Shown piece after piece: positions 36,501 to 48,419 of a stretch of DNA of 64,000 bases (position 1 is its first letter; each line of letters opens with the position of its first letter). The stretch spans positions 62,684,001-62,748,000 of the forward strand of contig NC_045707.1 of the NCBI RefSeq assembly GCF_009834535.1, given 5' to 3'. This DNA is from Camelus ferus (taxonomy: Eukaryota). A program made the position numbers and the translations under genes. The notes below the pieces were generated by a model. It was given only the letters and a program-made list of their open reading frames with translations. It made no database searches and was not told the DNA's origin.

Positions 36501-36939
36501 CACATTCCCTTAAGACACTACTCTGCACTTTCTAGGTGCACATACTGTTTTTAGCTCTAGCAAGAGTTTGAGGAGTGTTTTCTTTTACGTAAGAAGGATT
36601 CGAGAGGAGAGAAAGACAAAATTCCCCAGATTATGCGATGCTTAGTCTTATAACTACAGAATTGTTTTGTTGTTGTTTTTGGTTGCTTGATTTGGCTCTT
36701 TTTTTTTTTTTTTAAGGCGGTGAGACGGGTCCATGGTGATTTTCCCAGTAAAATTAAATCACATTTAAAAGCAAAAGCAAACAAGTCCTTGCTAGAATAC
36801 TTTTCACCTAAAAGCTACCTAATCACATTTTTATTTTAAATACTTTATGTCAGAAATGAGTATATTGAGTGGAAACTCTTCAGTTTTCATATTATTGGGC
36901 CTCAAAGCAGCATTTGGTTCTTGTTTACTTGTCTCTTGT

Positions 36940-37471
36940 TTGAAGCACATGCCTCATTTGTCTCCATGACACAGCTATTCCCTGGCTCTCCTTGATCTGC
37001 TTCTTCTGACCCCAGGCCGACTGAGCCTCCTTTACTTGGGCTCTTTATGAAGACCTTGCCATCAGCATTTCTCAGTGGTCCTCCTAGGTCGTATCACCGA
37101 CTCAAAATGTTTATTCACAACAAGAATCTCCCTCCAAGATGCAAATCTTAAAAATTCAGTTTTCGGATTAAAATCTCTTTTGGAGGCATCAAAACCACAT
37201 TCAGTTGTATGTTTCCAAAGCAGAACTTCTTATCATGATCCAGGTCTTTAAATCTGGTCCTCTTGTGCTGCTTCCTTTCCAGTGAATGGCATCATCTTAT
37301 AATTGATTTGTCAGTCCAGAAAACCTACTGCCATCTTCACTGACCTCCTCTCTATCCGCATAATCAAGCCATCATTAAGTCTTGTTGATTATATCTCTAA
37401 AGTATCTTCCAAATTCATCCACTTTTCTTTTTCACTATCTCTCTCATCCAGGTCTAAGGAATCATTGTTTC
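36940..37471 (+). mobile_element. L2 fragment, interrupted by a young L1 and resuming at ~38031
   Basis: tccagtgaatggcatcatc...cagaaaacct...aagtcttgttgattatatctct. Confidence 0.75.
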
Positions 37472-37473
37472 TT

Positions 37474-38017
37474 TTTTTTTTTTTTTTTCTTTTTCGGGTA
37501 GTCTTTTTTTTTTTAAAACATTTTCTACTGATTTATAATCATTTTACAATGTTGTATCAAATTCCAGTGTAGAGCACAATTTTTCAGTTATACATGAACA
37601 TATATATATTCATTGTCACATTTTTTTCTCTGTGAGCTACCATAAGATCTTGTATATATTTTCCTGTGCTATACAGTATAATCTTGTTTATCTATTCTAC
37701 ATTTTGAAATCCCAGTATGTCCCTTCCCACCCCCTGCCCCCTTGGCAACCACAAGTTTGTATTCTATGTCTGTGAGTCTGTTTCTGTTTTGTATTTATGC
37801 TTTGTTTGTGTTTTGTTTGTTTGTTTGTTTTTTTAGATTCCACATATGAGCGATCTCATATGTTATTTTTCTTTCACTTTCTGGCTTACTTCACTTAGAT
37901 TGACATTCTCCAGGAGCATCCATGTTGCTGCAAATGGTGTTATGTTGTCAGTTTTTATGGCTGAGTAGTATTCCATTGTATAAATATACCACATCTTCTT
38001 TATCCAGTCATCCATTG
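37474..38017 (-). mobile_element. Young 5'-truncated camelid-type L1 with a 13-bp TSD
   Basis: TSD ATCATTGTTTCTT at 37461-37473 and 38018-38030; poly(T) tail; tttagattccacatatgagcgatc, catccatgttgctgcaaatgg, atggctgagtagtattccattgt. Confidence 0.95.
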
Positions 38018-38190
38018 ATCATTGTTTCTTATGAGTACTGCAGAGGCCTCTGTAGATTGATAGATAGACAGATATAAAGTTACATCATACATACATAAGT
38101 ACATGCATAGATCTTATTTCTCCATTTTAAATACATTTTTTAAGAAGAAAATGTTATCATGTTGCCTTTCCTCTCTACTCTCTTTCTCTT

Positions 38191-38195
38191 ACACA

Positions 38196-38228
<33 letters not shown>
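38191..38228. repeat. (AC)n microsatellite
   Basis: Seen directly. Confidence 0.97.
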
Positions 38229-38233
<5 letters not shown>

Positions 38234-38261
38234 TTTAACCTTTTCTATAGTACAGTACATT

Positions 38262-38664
38262 ATTAGATTAATACTCAGAACTTTTCACTGCTTTTCCATG
38301 CTCAGCAGAGGAGCAGAACACAGTTTCCCCCTCTTTGACTTTAGATTCAGCCATATGACTTGCCTTGGCCAATAGCTGAAGCTGGAAATGAAAGGGATCC
38401 GGTTCCAAGATCAGGTCTTCAGAGGCCTCGTGATTTTCCACCTGCCTTCTGGTGCCTCTGCCATCACTAAAAATAACTTGTCCTGGCTAAACAATGGCCA
38501 AAAGGAGAATACGAGACATGAGGAGCAGATGTGAACTGCCTCTCCCAAGCCCAGCCCCCCAAAAAACATAGTTTTATGAGCTAAATAATCTTACCATTAT
38601 ATGCTACTGAGATCTGTGTCCTTGTTTGTTTTGTAGAATTACTGGAGCCATTGCTAACCGATAT
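38262..38664 (+). mobile_element. MLT1H-like MaLR LTR
   Basis: gccatatgacttgccttggccaatag...ctctgccatcac...gagacatgaggagcaga...gctactgagat...gctaaccgata. Confidence 0.8.
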
Positions 38665-40967
38665 TTATGGTTTCTTCTTTTTTTCAAATGTGCAGTAAAG
38701 TATCTTAAATGTAACCAAAATGATCCTGTGTAGTTTGTCCCACTACTTCATGCTGATCCTCATTTCTCACTAAGCTTCCTCTCCCTCTCTGTGTCCATTC
38801 CTGGTGGCCTTCTTCCACTTCTGTGAACTTGCCAATAAGTCCTTACACCACAGGGATTTATGCTTTGTTACATTTCTTTTCCTGTATTTTACTTAGTTCC
38901 TTCCAAGTATGAAGAATGTCACCCCAAGACATTTAGAATGTCAATCAGCTCAAGCACTAATTCTTCAGGATTAGCTTGACACAATTACTACTCTACTTTT
39001 GCTTCTGTGATTTTGAAATCAGTTTCCACTACTAAACTTTAATAATAACAGGGCTGCTTAAATGTTGAATAAAGTAATTAATTCACTTATGTGAACTAGA
39101 GGTGATTCAAGGCTGATGTGAATCACATTCAAAGGTCCCGTTGAGTACATTTTTGGACACCTGCTAGCTCAAGAGCATCTACTAAGTTTTTGTTTTGTTT
39201 TGTTTGCAAATAGTTATATTTGTAGTGAAACAAGTTTTAAGTGCTATTAAAAAATTTGATAAATACATTCAGAGTTATCTTTTTTCTCCATAACTCTAAA
39301 CAAGTAAAAATCATAAATGTCTTCAATAACCTTCTCTTTTAATACAGTAAATCAGTCATGTTAAGAATTCATTCACCCTATTTCTCTACTCTTCCTTGGT
39401 GTCCTCTATGAGATGCTTCATTTTCTATCAAGAAAAATACTAACTTCAGCTTTAGAATCAACTCAAAGCTTTAATATATTTGTTTAAATAACAACAGGTC
39501 TGAGTTACACATTTGTAGTTTTTCTTCCCACATTCCAGCTGAAGGAACCAAGTCATTCCTTATGTCAGTGGGCTGGACTTAAAAATGAGTTTTTTACACC
39601 ATAATTAGTAGATTTATAATTTGGAATCCTCATACAAAATTGTTTTGTATGTAGAGTACAGTAAATATTTTCCACTACTTTTATCTCCATCTTTTGTTCA
39701 TACATTCTTGTGTATGCTGATCTGTCTCCCTAACTAGATTATAAATTCATCTTAAATTTTATTAAGTTTCTTAATTTGTGTTGACTTCACTTACAAATAT
39801 AGCATAGTTTTAAACATGTAATAAATGATAAACTTATGTTTGTTGACATATTAACATGAGCTTTTCCTCTGATACTATTTTGGGGCCCGGACAAAATGCT
39901 GGAATTATGTTCATTGCTTCTTTCTAGTCCAGAAAATCATTCTACCACATTCAAAACTTTCTCCTTACTTTAAGCCCATATGTGATTTTATATGTCCTCT
40001 TCATTTTTGTCACTTCCATACACGCCCCAATTTTCTCAAGAACATTTTAGTCCCTCATTCACTGTTTCCCCTTTACCCAAACTCTTGTTAACACCCTGGT
40101 ATATGAATAACTCAACATTCTTATCTCAGAGATGCTGTATCCTTTCAAAGCCAATGATCTTTATTTCCACCACAGCAAGAACCCACCAGTTTAGGTTGAT
40201 TTTGGACAATTTCAGAAATTTTCTGTTAAAAAAATCAATGCTATCTCGCTCTGATATTTTTATCCATCCAGATGTTGGGTTGTTCCAATGAACTTCCACT
40301 GTTTCCTCATCTGTCCTCTATTCCCTCTGTTTGTTTTCAGTCATTACAGCCTACCATCCTAGTTATATAAGCCTTTCTGTTAATCCTAACCATTTTGATC
40401 GACTGTTCCAAATACACTCCCCAGGATACTGGATACTCTTAATTCCTTGAATTTGGGGGGGGGGGGTTGCTGTTGTTGTTGTTTGTTTGTTTCTTCCTAC
40501 CTCGCTAGTTTAAATCCCTGGATAACTTCAAATATCCCTCTGTCACCTCCTTCTGGGATGCTATCATTTACAAAATTAATGAAACCAATACTCTTGCCGT
40601 CCCAAGCTCATTGTCTGGAAGCACTTGGCATGGTCATGGAATGCTGAGAATCTGCTACAATAAACAAGTATATAAGTAAGAAAAAAAGCAAAATTGTCAA
40701 ATACTCCAAATTTTATCAAAAGAGATTGAATCTCAGTCTTCAGTTAACAGATACTATTTGAAGTTACCAGGAAAAGGAAATGGCATTGCTTCATCTGTTC
40801 TAAAGATTAGAAACTATTTATCAGATAATATTAAAAACAGTTATTACAATGTAAATGTTTAGTAATGTAAAATCAGTGGTATACAGGACATGAAGATAAT
40901 AAAAATAGACTTTATGCTAGGTAGAAGCTAAATATTTTTAAGGGACTACCATAATGTATTCCTTCAT

Positions 40968-41146
40968 TGTAGTTCCCAAACCTGGCTATTTATGATAATC
41001 ATCTGTGAGACTTTTTAAAAATGCTGAGACCAAGGCTCTATCCTTGAGTTTATAATTCTCTAGGTCTGCAGTGAGCATGAGGAATCTCTTATTTTTCATG
41101 AGCATCACTAAGCACTGTGATGCATGTACACGTCCGAGAATCATCA
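40968..41146. mobile_element. MER5-like hAT MITE
   Basis: gttcccaaacctggct...aatcatctgtgagactttttaaaaatgctga...ggaatctcttattttt...tgtgatgca...gagaatca. Confidence 0.75.
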
Positions 41147-44100
41147 CCTTACAGGAAGCAAAATTCAGGTCACCTTTATTCCTCAATATGTGGAGTTCTA
41201 CTTCTTTTCTTCTTTTTCATAATCAGTCATTTTTAGGAGAAATCTCTAAGCTAAGAGCACTTCCCTATTTATTCCAGTAGAAACCATTGCTTGTGGGTTG
41301 AAAAAGCAGTTCCCCCGGGGCCACATTTCCCTCAGTCAGGGATGGTTTGCATTGTCCTTCTGTCAATCACTCTTTCAGTAGTAATCACCTATCCATTTCA
41401 CCTCTCCTGTCAAGTGATTTTCATGACGTCTATGATTTATGTGGCAGGAACTGCCTTCAGAGCAAGGCATTGGCTTTGAACACTGTTTACAGGACTAGGA
41501 TCTATTTCAATATCTTGCTAGCAACGATTACCCTGAATGCTATTGAGAAGTAGTTTGAACAGCCTGAGGTTCAGTGGCAATTCTCCCCACACAATCATCA
41601 GACAAACTCAGCATGTTGGATTTCTGTTGCCAAAAGGGGTAAACAGGTAAACATTTCCAAGTTCAGGAGAATTTGGTTTATAATTCGAGATATACTAAAT
41701 ATTAGTGTATGAATTATTAAATGAAAATGGGAGGTTTCAGTGCATAAGACGTCAGTTATGGTATACTGTGGTTTTTTAATCATTAAAATCTGACTTTATT
41801 ATCACTTAATTAAAAATATGCAATTACCTTTGCAATGACATTTTAAATCTGAAGTTTCAAGTAAATTAAATCTGACTCAGATATTCTGATCACTAGTGAT
41901 TTGAAGAAACTGTATTCTTATACCCAAAAAGCAAATTTCATTTCATGAGAAATTAACTTTCCGGTAGTACCATTAACAAAATTAAAATACCTGGTTTGAT
42001 GGTCCTTGCCACACCGATACCAGCAATTCTCCATGCTTCGTTCTCCTCTAATTACTCAGCAAATAATTAAGATATTTTCACATTCTTTTCTGACTTAACG
42101 TATCTGAAGAAAACCAATATACTCATATTAGAAGTGTTTAATATGCAAGGTGAGAGGATTTAGGTATCATCCAGTATATCCTGAACTACTTTAAATCCAT
42201 CTCCATGTCCAAAATTTTGCTGCATTACTTTATTAATTACTTCCTGAGACATACTTCCCTATTGTTGTCTTGAGAATGATTTGATAGAGCCAGTAAACGC
42301 TAAAACTTAAACAACACCAATTAATAAAAAAAATTAATAAACCGTACTAATTAATAAAATTATTTATAGAGCTATCATCCTTTTCTTTTGCAAAGAGTTG
42401 TTATAAAGTATTTTTTGAAGTAGTATTTCAATTTACATTGCCATACCTTATCAGTCCTGTTTACTGGTCTTGAAGAGGGCTGGGGTGGCTGGTAATCTAA
42501 CCACTCTACTGGGATAGAATATGTCTATCCCAGTATGGAGAACCAGAAAAGGTCAGAACCCCAGTGAGCAAAGAGAGGGGAAAGACTGAGAAACACGTTA
42601 ATAATTTTTGTACCCTTTCCACAAAAATATGCTTAACAGAAATAGTACAGTCAGTTAAGTCTTGAACTTAAAATGTTGGATATCTTAAAAGAGGGAATGA
42701 ATTGCTTTAAAAATATTAAATGCACTTGATCGAATATAAAATATGTAAGTAAAAATATAAATAATATTATCATCACCTATAGAGTACAATGGTACATTGT
42801 ATTTTATATTGTAAGGTTTATATGCATTTCCCACCAAACTCATCATATCATTATATATATTTAGTTCCTATATAGAAAATCCCCAAATGGATTGACTTTA
42901 AAAAGAAGACATCTGGTTGGTGACTCTGTAGCTCAGTAATAACGGTACCGCCATCTGCCTTTCTTGTTTCACCAAAGTGTTCTGAAATTCTTACATGGGC
43001 TTAGCCTCCATTGTTTGATGATGAAATCCAATAAATTACTGACAATGAGAGAGAGAGAGATCTCCTAAGACATTCTGCTGAGCATCAAGTTTATAGTCTA
43101 CCTAAATGTTCAAAAGATGGCAGGCACTTAAAGAAATAGCATTCTTAAGTTTTACTTGAAAGATGAAACTTAAAAGCTGGAAATGGGACTAAAACATGTT
43201 AAGATTGTTAACACTCTCCCTTTTTTTCATGTTATCTTTAAATTCCACTCATTAAGTGGAATAATTAATCAAGAGGAAGCAGGGAGATCTAATCCATTCA
43301 TTTTTGTTTAACATACCTCCTTGCTAGAAACTTGGAGACTTGAAAATTAAAGTGAAGCCATTATGTGGGAGGAGGGAATATAAATGGAAATGAGCAAGAA
43401 AACGCAGACGGCAATGATAGTCTAAGGCACGGTACTAACGATTCCAATTTTAATTTTTATTTCTTTAGAGATAGTCTTCACCATACATCTAAATAGCTTC
43501 AAGCCAAAACCAGAAGGATCATTTAAGTATCAGAAAACATCCAATATAGAATTTAAAATCATGCAGTTATATTCTTACCTACTGATTTAACCCTGCGGTA
43601 CCCAATCTGTCAGTCCATGAGTGACTACTGGTATTGTTAATTAGCAATTCTCCTTGAAAGTCATCCTTAGAGACTTGAAGAATCAGCAGTGCAGTAAGTT
43701 TAAGTTATTTCTACTAACCTATTCTTTAGGTGTTACTTCTTTTATTTTTTATACAAGGCTTTCCATAGCCGCACACCTTGGGAAAGGCTAATTAAACTCA
43801 CTGAAGGAAATATGATCAGCCAGATGAGGGAGAAAATAAATCTAGGGAAAAAAAATCATTTAATAGTCACTGCATTTTTATAATCAAATGTTTTTCTTAG
43901 ATGCTGAGCAAATATATTTCACTAGAAGTTGCTTCACAGGGCTGGTGTGGCTTTCTCCATTTTATTTTCATGTATAATAACATACTTAAATGTTTGATAA
44001 ATATTTTAAATAATAAATGCATGTATTTAGTAGGAAATAATCTAACTTAAGGCTTTATTCTGAATAGTAGAGTGTTTATAAAGAAATAATATGTATATTT

Positions 44101-45459
44101 AGTAGGCTGAGTAGCTAGTTCTAAATGAAGGCGATTGTCAGAATTAATTTCAGGATGACAAAGATTCACACAAAATAAAAATGGGACCAGGTTGGGCCTT
44201 GATACCTGTCTAACAGACTTAAAGTCAAAAGACATATATTCCATTTATAAAGACAACGTGACCTCTACTTCCGAATAGTGAACCATACCTCAGTTAGCTT
44301 CCTCAAATGGTATCTCTTTATGGAAAGCATAGTCCCAAAACTAAAAAGCTGGAAAGCAAAATATGTGATTCTCTTTAGTTATGATATACACACTAAATTT
44401 TATAGTCAGCAAATATACGTCTTATATAGTGTCTAGAATCTGGAATTACTGTTTTCCTCTTATTAGGAAGGGAGATGGCAATTAATACTTTTTTTTAAGT
44501 GATTACCATTATTTAACTAAACAAGGATACTAGAAAAATCTTCATACACACACAATTACATATTTAGAATCTTGGCACTTTTGTATCAGTTATTATTAGA
44601 GACAAACCTTAAAAGTATCATCATGATGCAGTTATTTTTCATTTTATATAATTTTATTTTAAACATTATTTATTGAGTTTCTAAAAATCTGTCTTGTTGG
44701 TTTTTTTTTAAAAAACAACCATTTTCAAACTGCTTCTTCCTTGTGTAATGGAGTTAATGCTTCATTTTTATCTTTGAACATTTCAAACACTTATTTTAAA
44801 GTTCCTTGCAGATTGCTTTGTTAGCACCAGCCCATCACTTATAAACGCTCCAGTGTGACTCACTCTCATGACAGTAGTAACATCCTGTGATCTGGAATTT
44901 TGCCAGTTCATCCTCAGAAGACCTGCTTCTTGAGTTTTTCTACATACATTGGCCCTAGAAAGCCAAAATGGCCCTGTGGTGTTATTTTGCAGTTACTAAA
45001 GGCTGTTCAGATCATAAGTGTGTATTTTTAGATACATAAAAGAAACAAGGTTCCCAAAATGAATGCAGGAAACAGAAATGCTGAAGTTATGTTGGCTCAC
45101 CTGGATACTGATGTGTCTAGGCTATGCAATTTCTTAAATGAGGTTGGACTTAATTCCTACATTCTACAGGAGCATTTCCTTGCATGTGTGGGGATCTGGT
45201 AGGAGTTCATAGTAGGACTAACTTTAATGGTCTTAGAGGTTTGACCAAAATATCTGAAATATCTTTCAAGGCACTACATCTTCTTAACATCTACATTACT
45301 GGAAGAGCCAAGTATGTGTTCTGAAAAATAGGATTTCAGTTTTTTCTCAATGTACTAAAAGAAAAACAGGGAAATATTCTCCCTTGAGTCACATGAAGAA
45401 ATGGAGGATAATTTGAATTAAGATATTACTGAATATCGGAAGGACTAAAATAATGGGCG

Positions 45460-45605
45460 ATGGAGTCAGAGACTTGAGCTTGAATCTTTTTTGTCACCTG
45501 CACGTTCTGTGACCTAGCGCAGGCTCCTAAACTTATCAAATATCAGTAGTATCTTATATAAAATGAGAGCAATTATAATTTTCTTATTAAGCTATTACAT
45601 AATTT
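45460..45605 (+). mobile_element. MIR fragment
   Basis: tggagtcagagacttgagcttgaatc...ctgtgaccta...tataaaatgag. Confidence 0.65.
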
Positions 45606-45885
45606 TGTGTTACTCTGGCTTCTCCAGAGAAACAGAACTGATAGGATCTCTCTATAAATATACAGATATATTGATATCTAGAATATCTGCATCTATGTAT
45701 CTATCTGTGTAGAGAAGAGAGATACTTATTTCGAGAAATAGACTCACCTAATTGTAAGGGCTGGCATATTCAATCTGTAGGGCTGGCCAGGCTGGAAACT
45801 ATAGTAAGAGTTGATGTTGCAATATTAAGTCTGAGTTTCACAGGGCAACACGCTGGAAACTAGGCAGGGTTCCTATGTTACCATC
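45606..45885 (-). mobile_element. MLT2 (ERVL) LTR, partial
   Basis: ggcttctccagagaaacagaactgatagga...gactcacctaattgtaagggctggca...caggctggaaact. Confidence 0.85.
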
Positions 45886-45889
45886 ATAA

Positions 45890-46211
45890 GGGCATTCCCT
45901 TCTAAGCGCGATGAGGGAGAATCTGTTCCATTCCTCTCCCTAGTTTCTCTTGGTTTCCTGGCAATCCTTGGTATTGGCTTGTGGATCTCTGCCTTCATCT
46001 TCACATGACATTCTTTCTGTGTATATGTCCCTGTATCCAAATTTTATTTTTACGAGACACCAGTTATTTTGGATTAGGGTCCATCTAAATGAATTTATCT
46101 TAACTAATTACGTCGGGAACAATCCTGTTTCCAAATAAGGTCACTTTCTTAGGTTCTAGGGGTGAGGACTACAAGATACGAATTTGGGGTGTCCGCATTT
46201 AACTCATAATA
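45890..46211 (-). mobile_element. MLT1A-C-like MaLR LTR, partial
   Basis: gggagaatctgttcca...ctctgccttcatcttcacatg...ggattagggtcca...tttccaaataaggtcac. Confidence 0.85.
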
Positions 46212-47141
46212 TCCTTGTAACTGAAACCACTGAATAAATGATAGGTATTAGTTCCAACTATGATCAAATACTTAAGGAAAACTGAATTTAGAGTTAAGAA
46301 TATATAAATTAAGAACTTGAACTAATTCAAGAAAAGGATGATTATTTGTCCTCCTAGTTCTATGACATCAATAAAGAAAAAGATAAGATGTGGTGTCTGC
46401 TGAAATGAATCCAGATTTAAAAATAAGAAGTGGTATTTGCTCTAGAAGTAGCTATAATAAATTGAAAAAATAGAGAAATTCTAGGAGGAGAACATAGCTA
46501 TAGATTTTGAGAATATTTCAGCTCTTCTTCAATCTATGAATTCACAGATTTATAGTTTCCCTCCAGAGGATAAATCTAATTTTGAAAGCCTTCAGGAGCA
46601 TATCCTGAAGAACGTTGATTGAAAAGCTCACAAAGAGAAGGTATGAATTTCCCCATGCAGAGAAAAAAGCACCAAAAGGAAGGAAATGGGTGTAAATGTT
46701 AAGTTTATAGGAGGACTATAATCCTTGTAAAGAAATTCTAGTGTTATGTTACTAACTGATTATGTGATTTCTAGCAGGACTTCTACTTTTTTCCCCACAT
46801 CAAAGGAAAACAATAATCAAATGCTGCATGATCAAATCCAGTCTCACTACATTTTGTTCAAAATTATATTCTTTTTTTTTTCACTTTCATGTTTAGAAAA
46901 TCTACCCAGTCCCAAGGTGCAAGACCTTAGTTTTAGTTTTATTCTCTCTTCTTATGTGCAAGTTCCATGCTTTGTTCAATTATACCTTTACAACTCAGCT
47001 TTTCTATTTATTTTAAATACAAACTAAAGTGAAGCTCTCATTACCATGTTAATGTATATTTCAATAATATTACTATTGCTTTTCCCACCTTCATTTTATA
47101 CCCACTTCCAATCTGTTTTTTCATTGCTCCCATGTTAATCT

Positions 47142-47688
47142 TACAGTGAAGCAGAATTTACCACTACCAAAATGTTTCCTTTTGGCATGAGGATTGTTTT
47201 AGGTTGACTATTTTTAAGAAACAGAAAACTCAGGAAGTCTTTCTTTTTTCCTCCCCCAACCTGCCTAAAAGAATTTAGATAAAAGGCCTGGTCCAGGAAG
47301 AGCACTGTCACCAGAGATATCTACAAAGAATATCAGCGAGGTATGGTAGGGGGGCTTCACCTGAAACCAAAGTTCCCTCTGTGTCTCATTGTCTCTGCAT
47401 GGTGTACGGAACATTTGTTTACCAAATAGTTTTTTTTTTTCTCTCTCTCTCTCCATGTAAAGTGCCTCCCTTCCTTTTGAAGTCCCAAACCCTTACACCC
47501 TTCTCCTTCTCTTAGTTGGCTTATAACTGTCAATTACCTAACTTGTTCTTGGGCCCAATATTCTAATGGGACCACCATATGTATGGAATTAAATTCAATT
47601 ATCTCCTGTTAGCCTATCCCATGTTTTAATTTTTAGACCATCCAAAAGAAGGGATGAGGGTAGAGGAAAGCATTTTTCCTCCCCTACA
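47142..47688 (+). mobile_element. MER34-family ERV1 solo LTR with 4-bp TSD (ATCT), inserted in an L2
   Basis: ATCT at 47138-47141 and 47689-47692; aaaatgtttccttttggcatgaggattgttttagg start motif; ends ttttcctcccctaca. Confidence 0.85.
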
Positions 47689-47789
47689 ATCTCAAAAGTT
47701 TAATTCTAATTATACCTCCTTCTCCATATGAAAGGTTGGAATAACTTTCCATTACCCATTCATACCATAAACCTTACACTTCCATTCTT

Positions 47790-48419
47790 TGCAATAGATT
47801 GATTGCTAAATGGTTGCAAATCTTCACCCTCTTTGGCTTCACACCTTTTGCTATGAAGTCTTGCAGCTCCTTTCATCAAGGTGTAGGTACTGTTTATCCA
47901 TTTTGATGTTTGTTTTGTCAAATAGAATGTCCTGGAAGTGACAGTTTGCCGACTCCAAATCCAGGTTTCAGGAGACGTATCACGGTTCTGTTTGCTCTCT
48001 ACCCTGATATCACCATATGAATAATTCTACTAGATGATGAGAAACACCTGGCCTAATCATCTCCATTGCCTCGCTTGACAGCTGACCTAGACTAAACATG
48101 TGAGTGAGGCCACCCTAGACTAGCCAGCCCCTACCAACCAACCAACCAATACATTAGTTGACCACAGATGCCTGAGTGAGCCCAGCTGAGGTCACCAAGT
48201 CTAGCCCAGATCAATATAACCACCTAGATGAGACAAAGACTTTATATATAAAAACCTCCTCTAGGTTTTATATATATATATAAAATATACATATATATTT
48301 ATAAAACTCGGCTTAAATGATAAACCTCTATTTTATATAAACTTATAAAAGAGAGGCTTATCATTTAAACCAACTGAGTTTTGGGGTAATTTGTTATGCA
48401 CCAATAACTAAATGATACA
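47790..48419 (+). mobile_element. MLT1G/H-like MaLR LTR carrying an AT-rich palindromic insert
   Basis: catgtgagtgaggccaccctagac...tgagtgagcccagctgag...gagttttggggtaatttgttatgca...tgataca. Confidence 0.85.
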
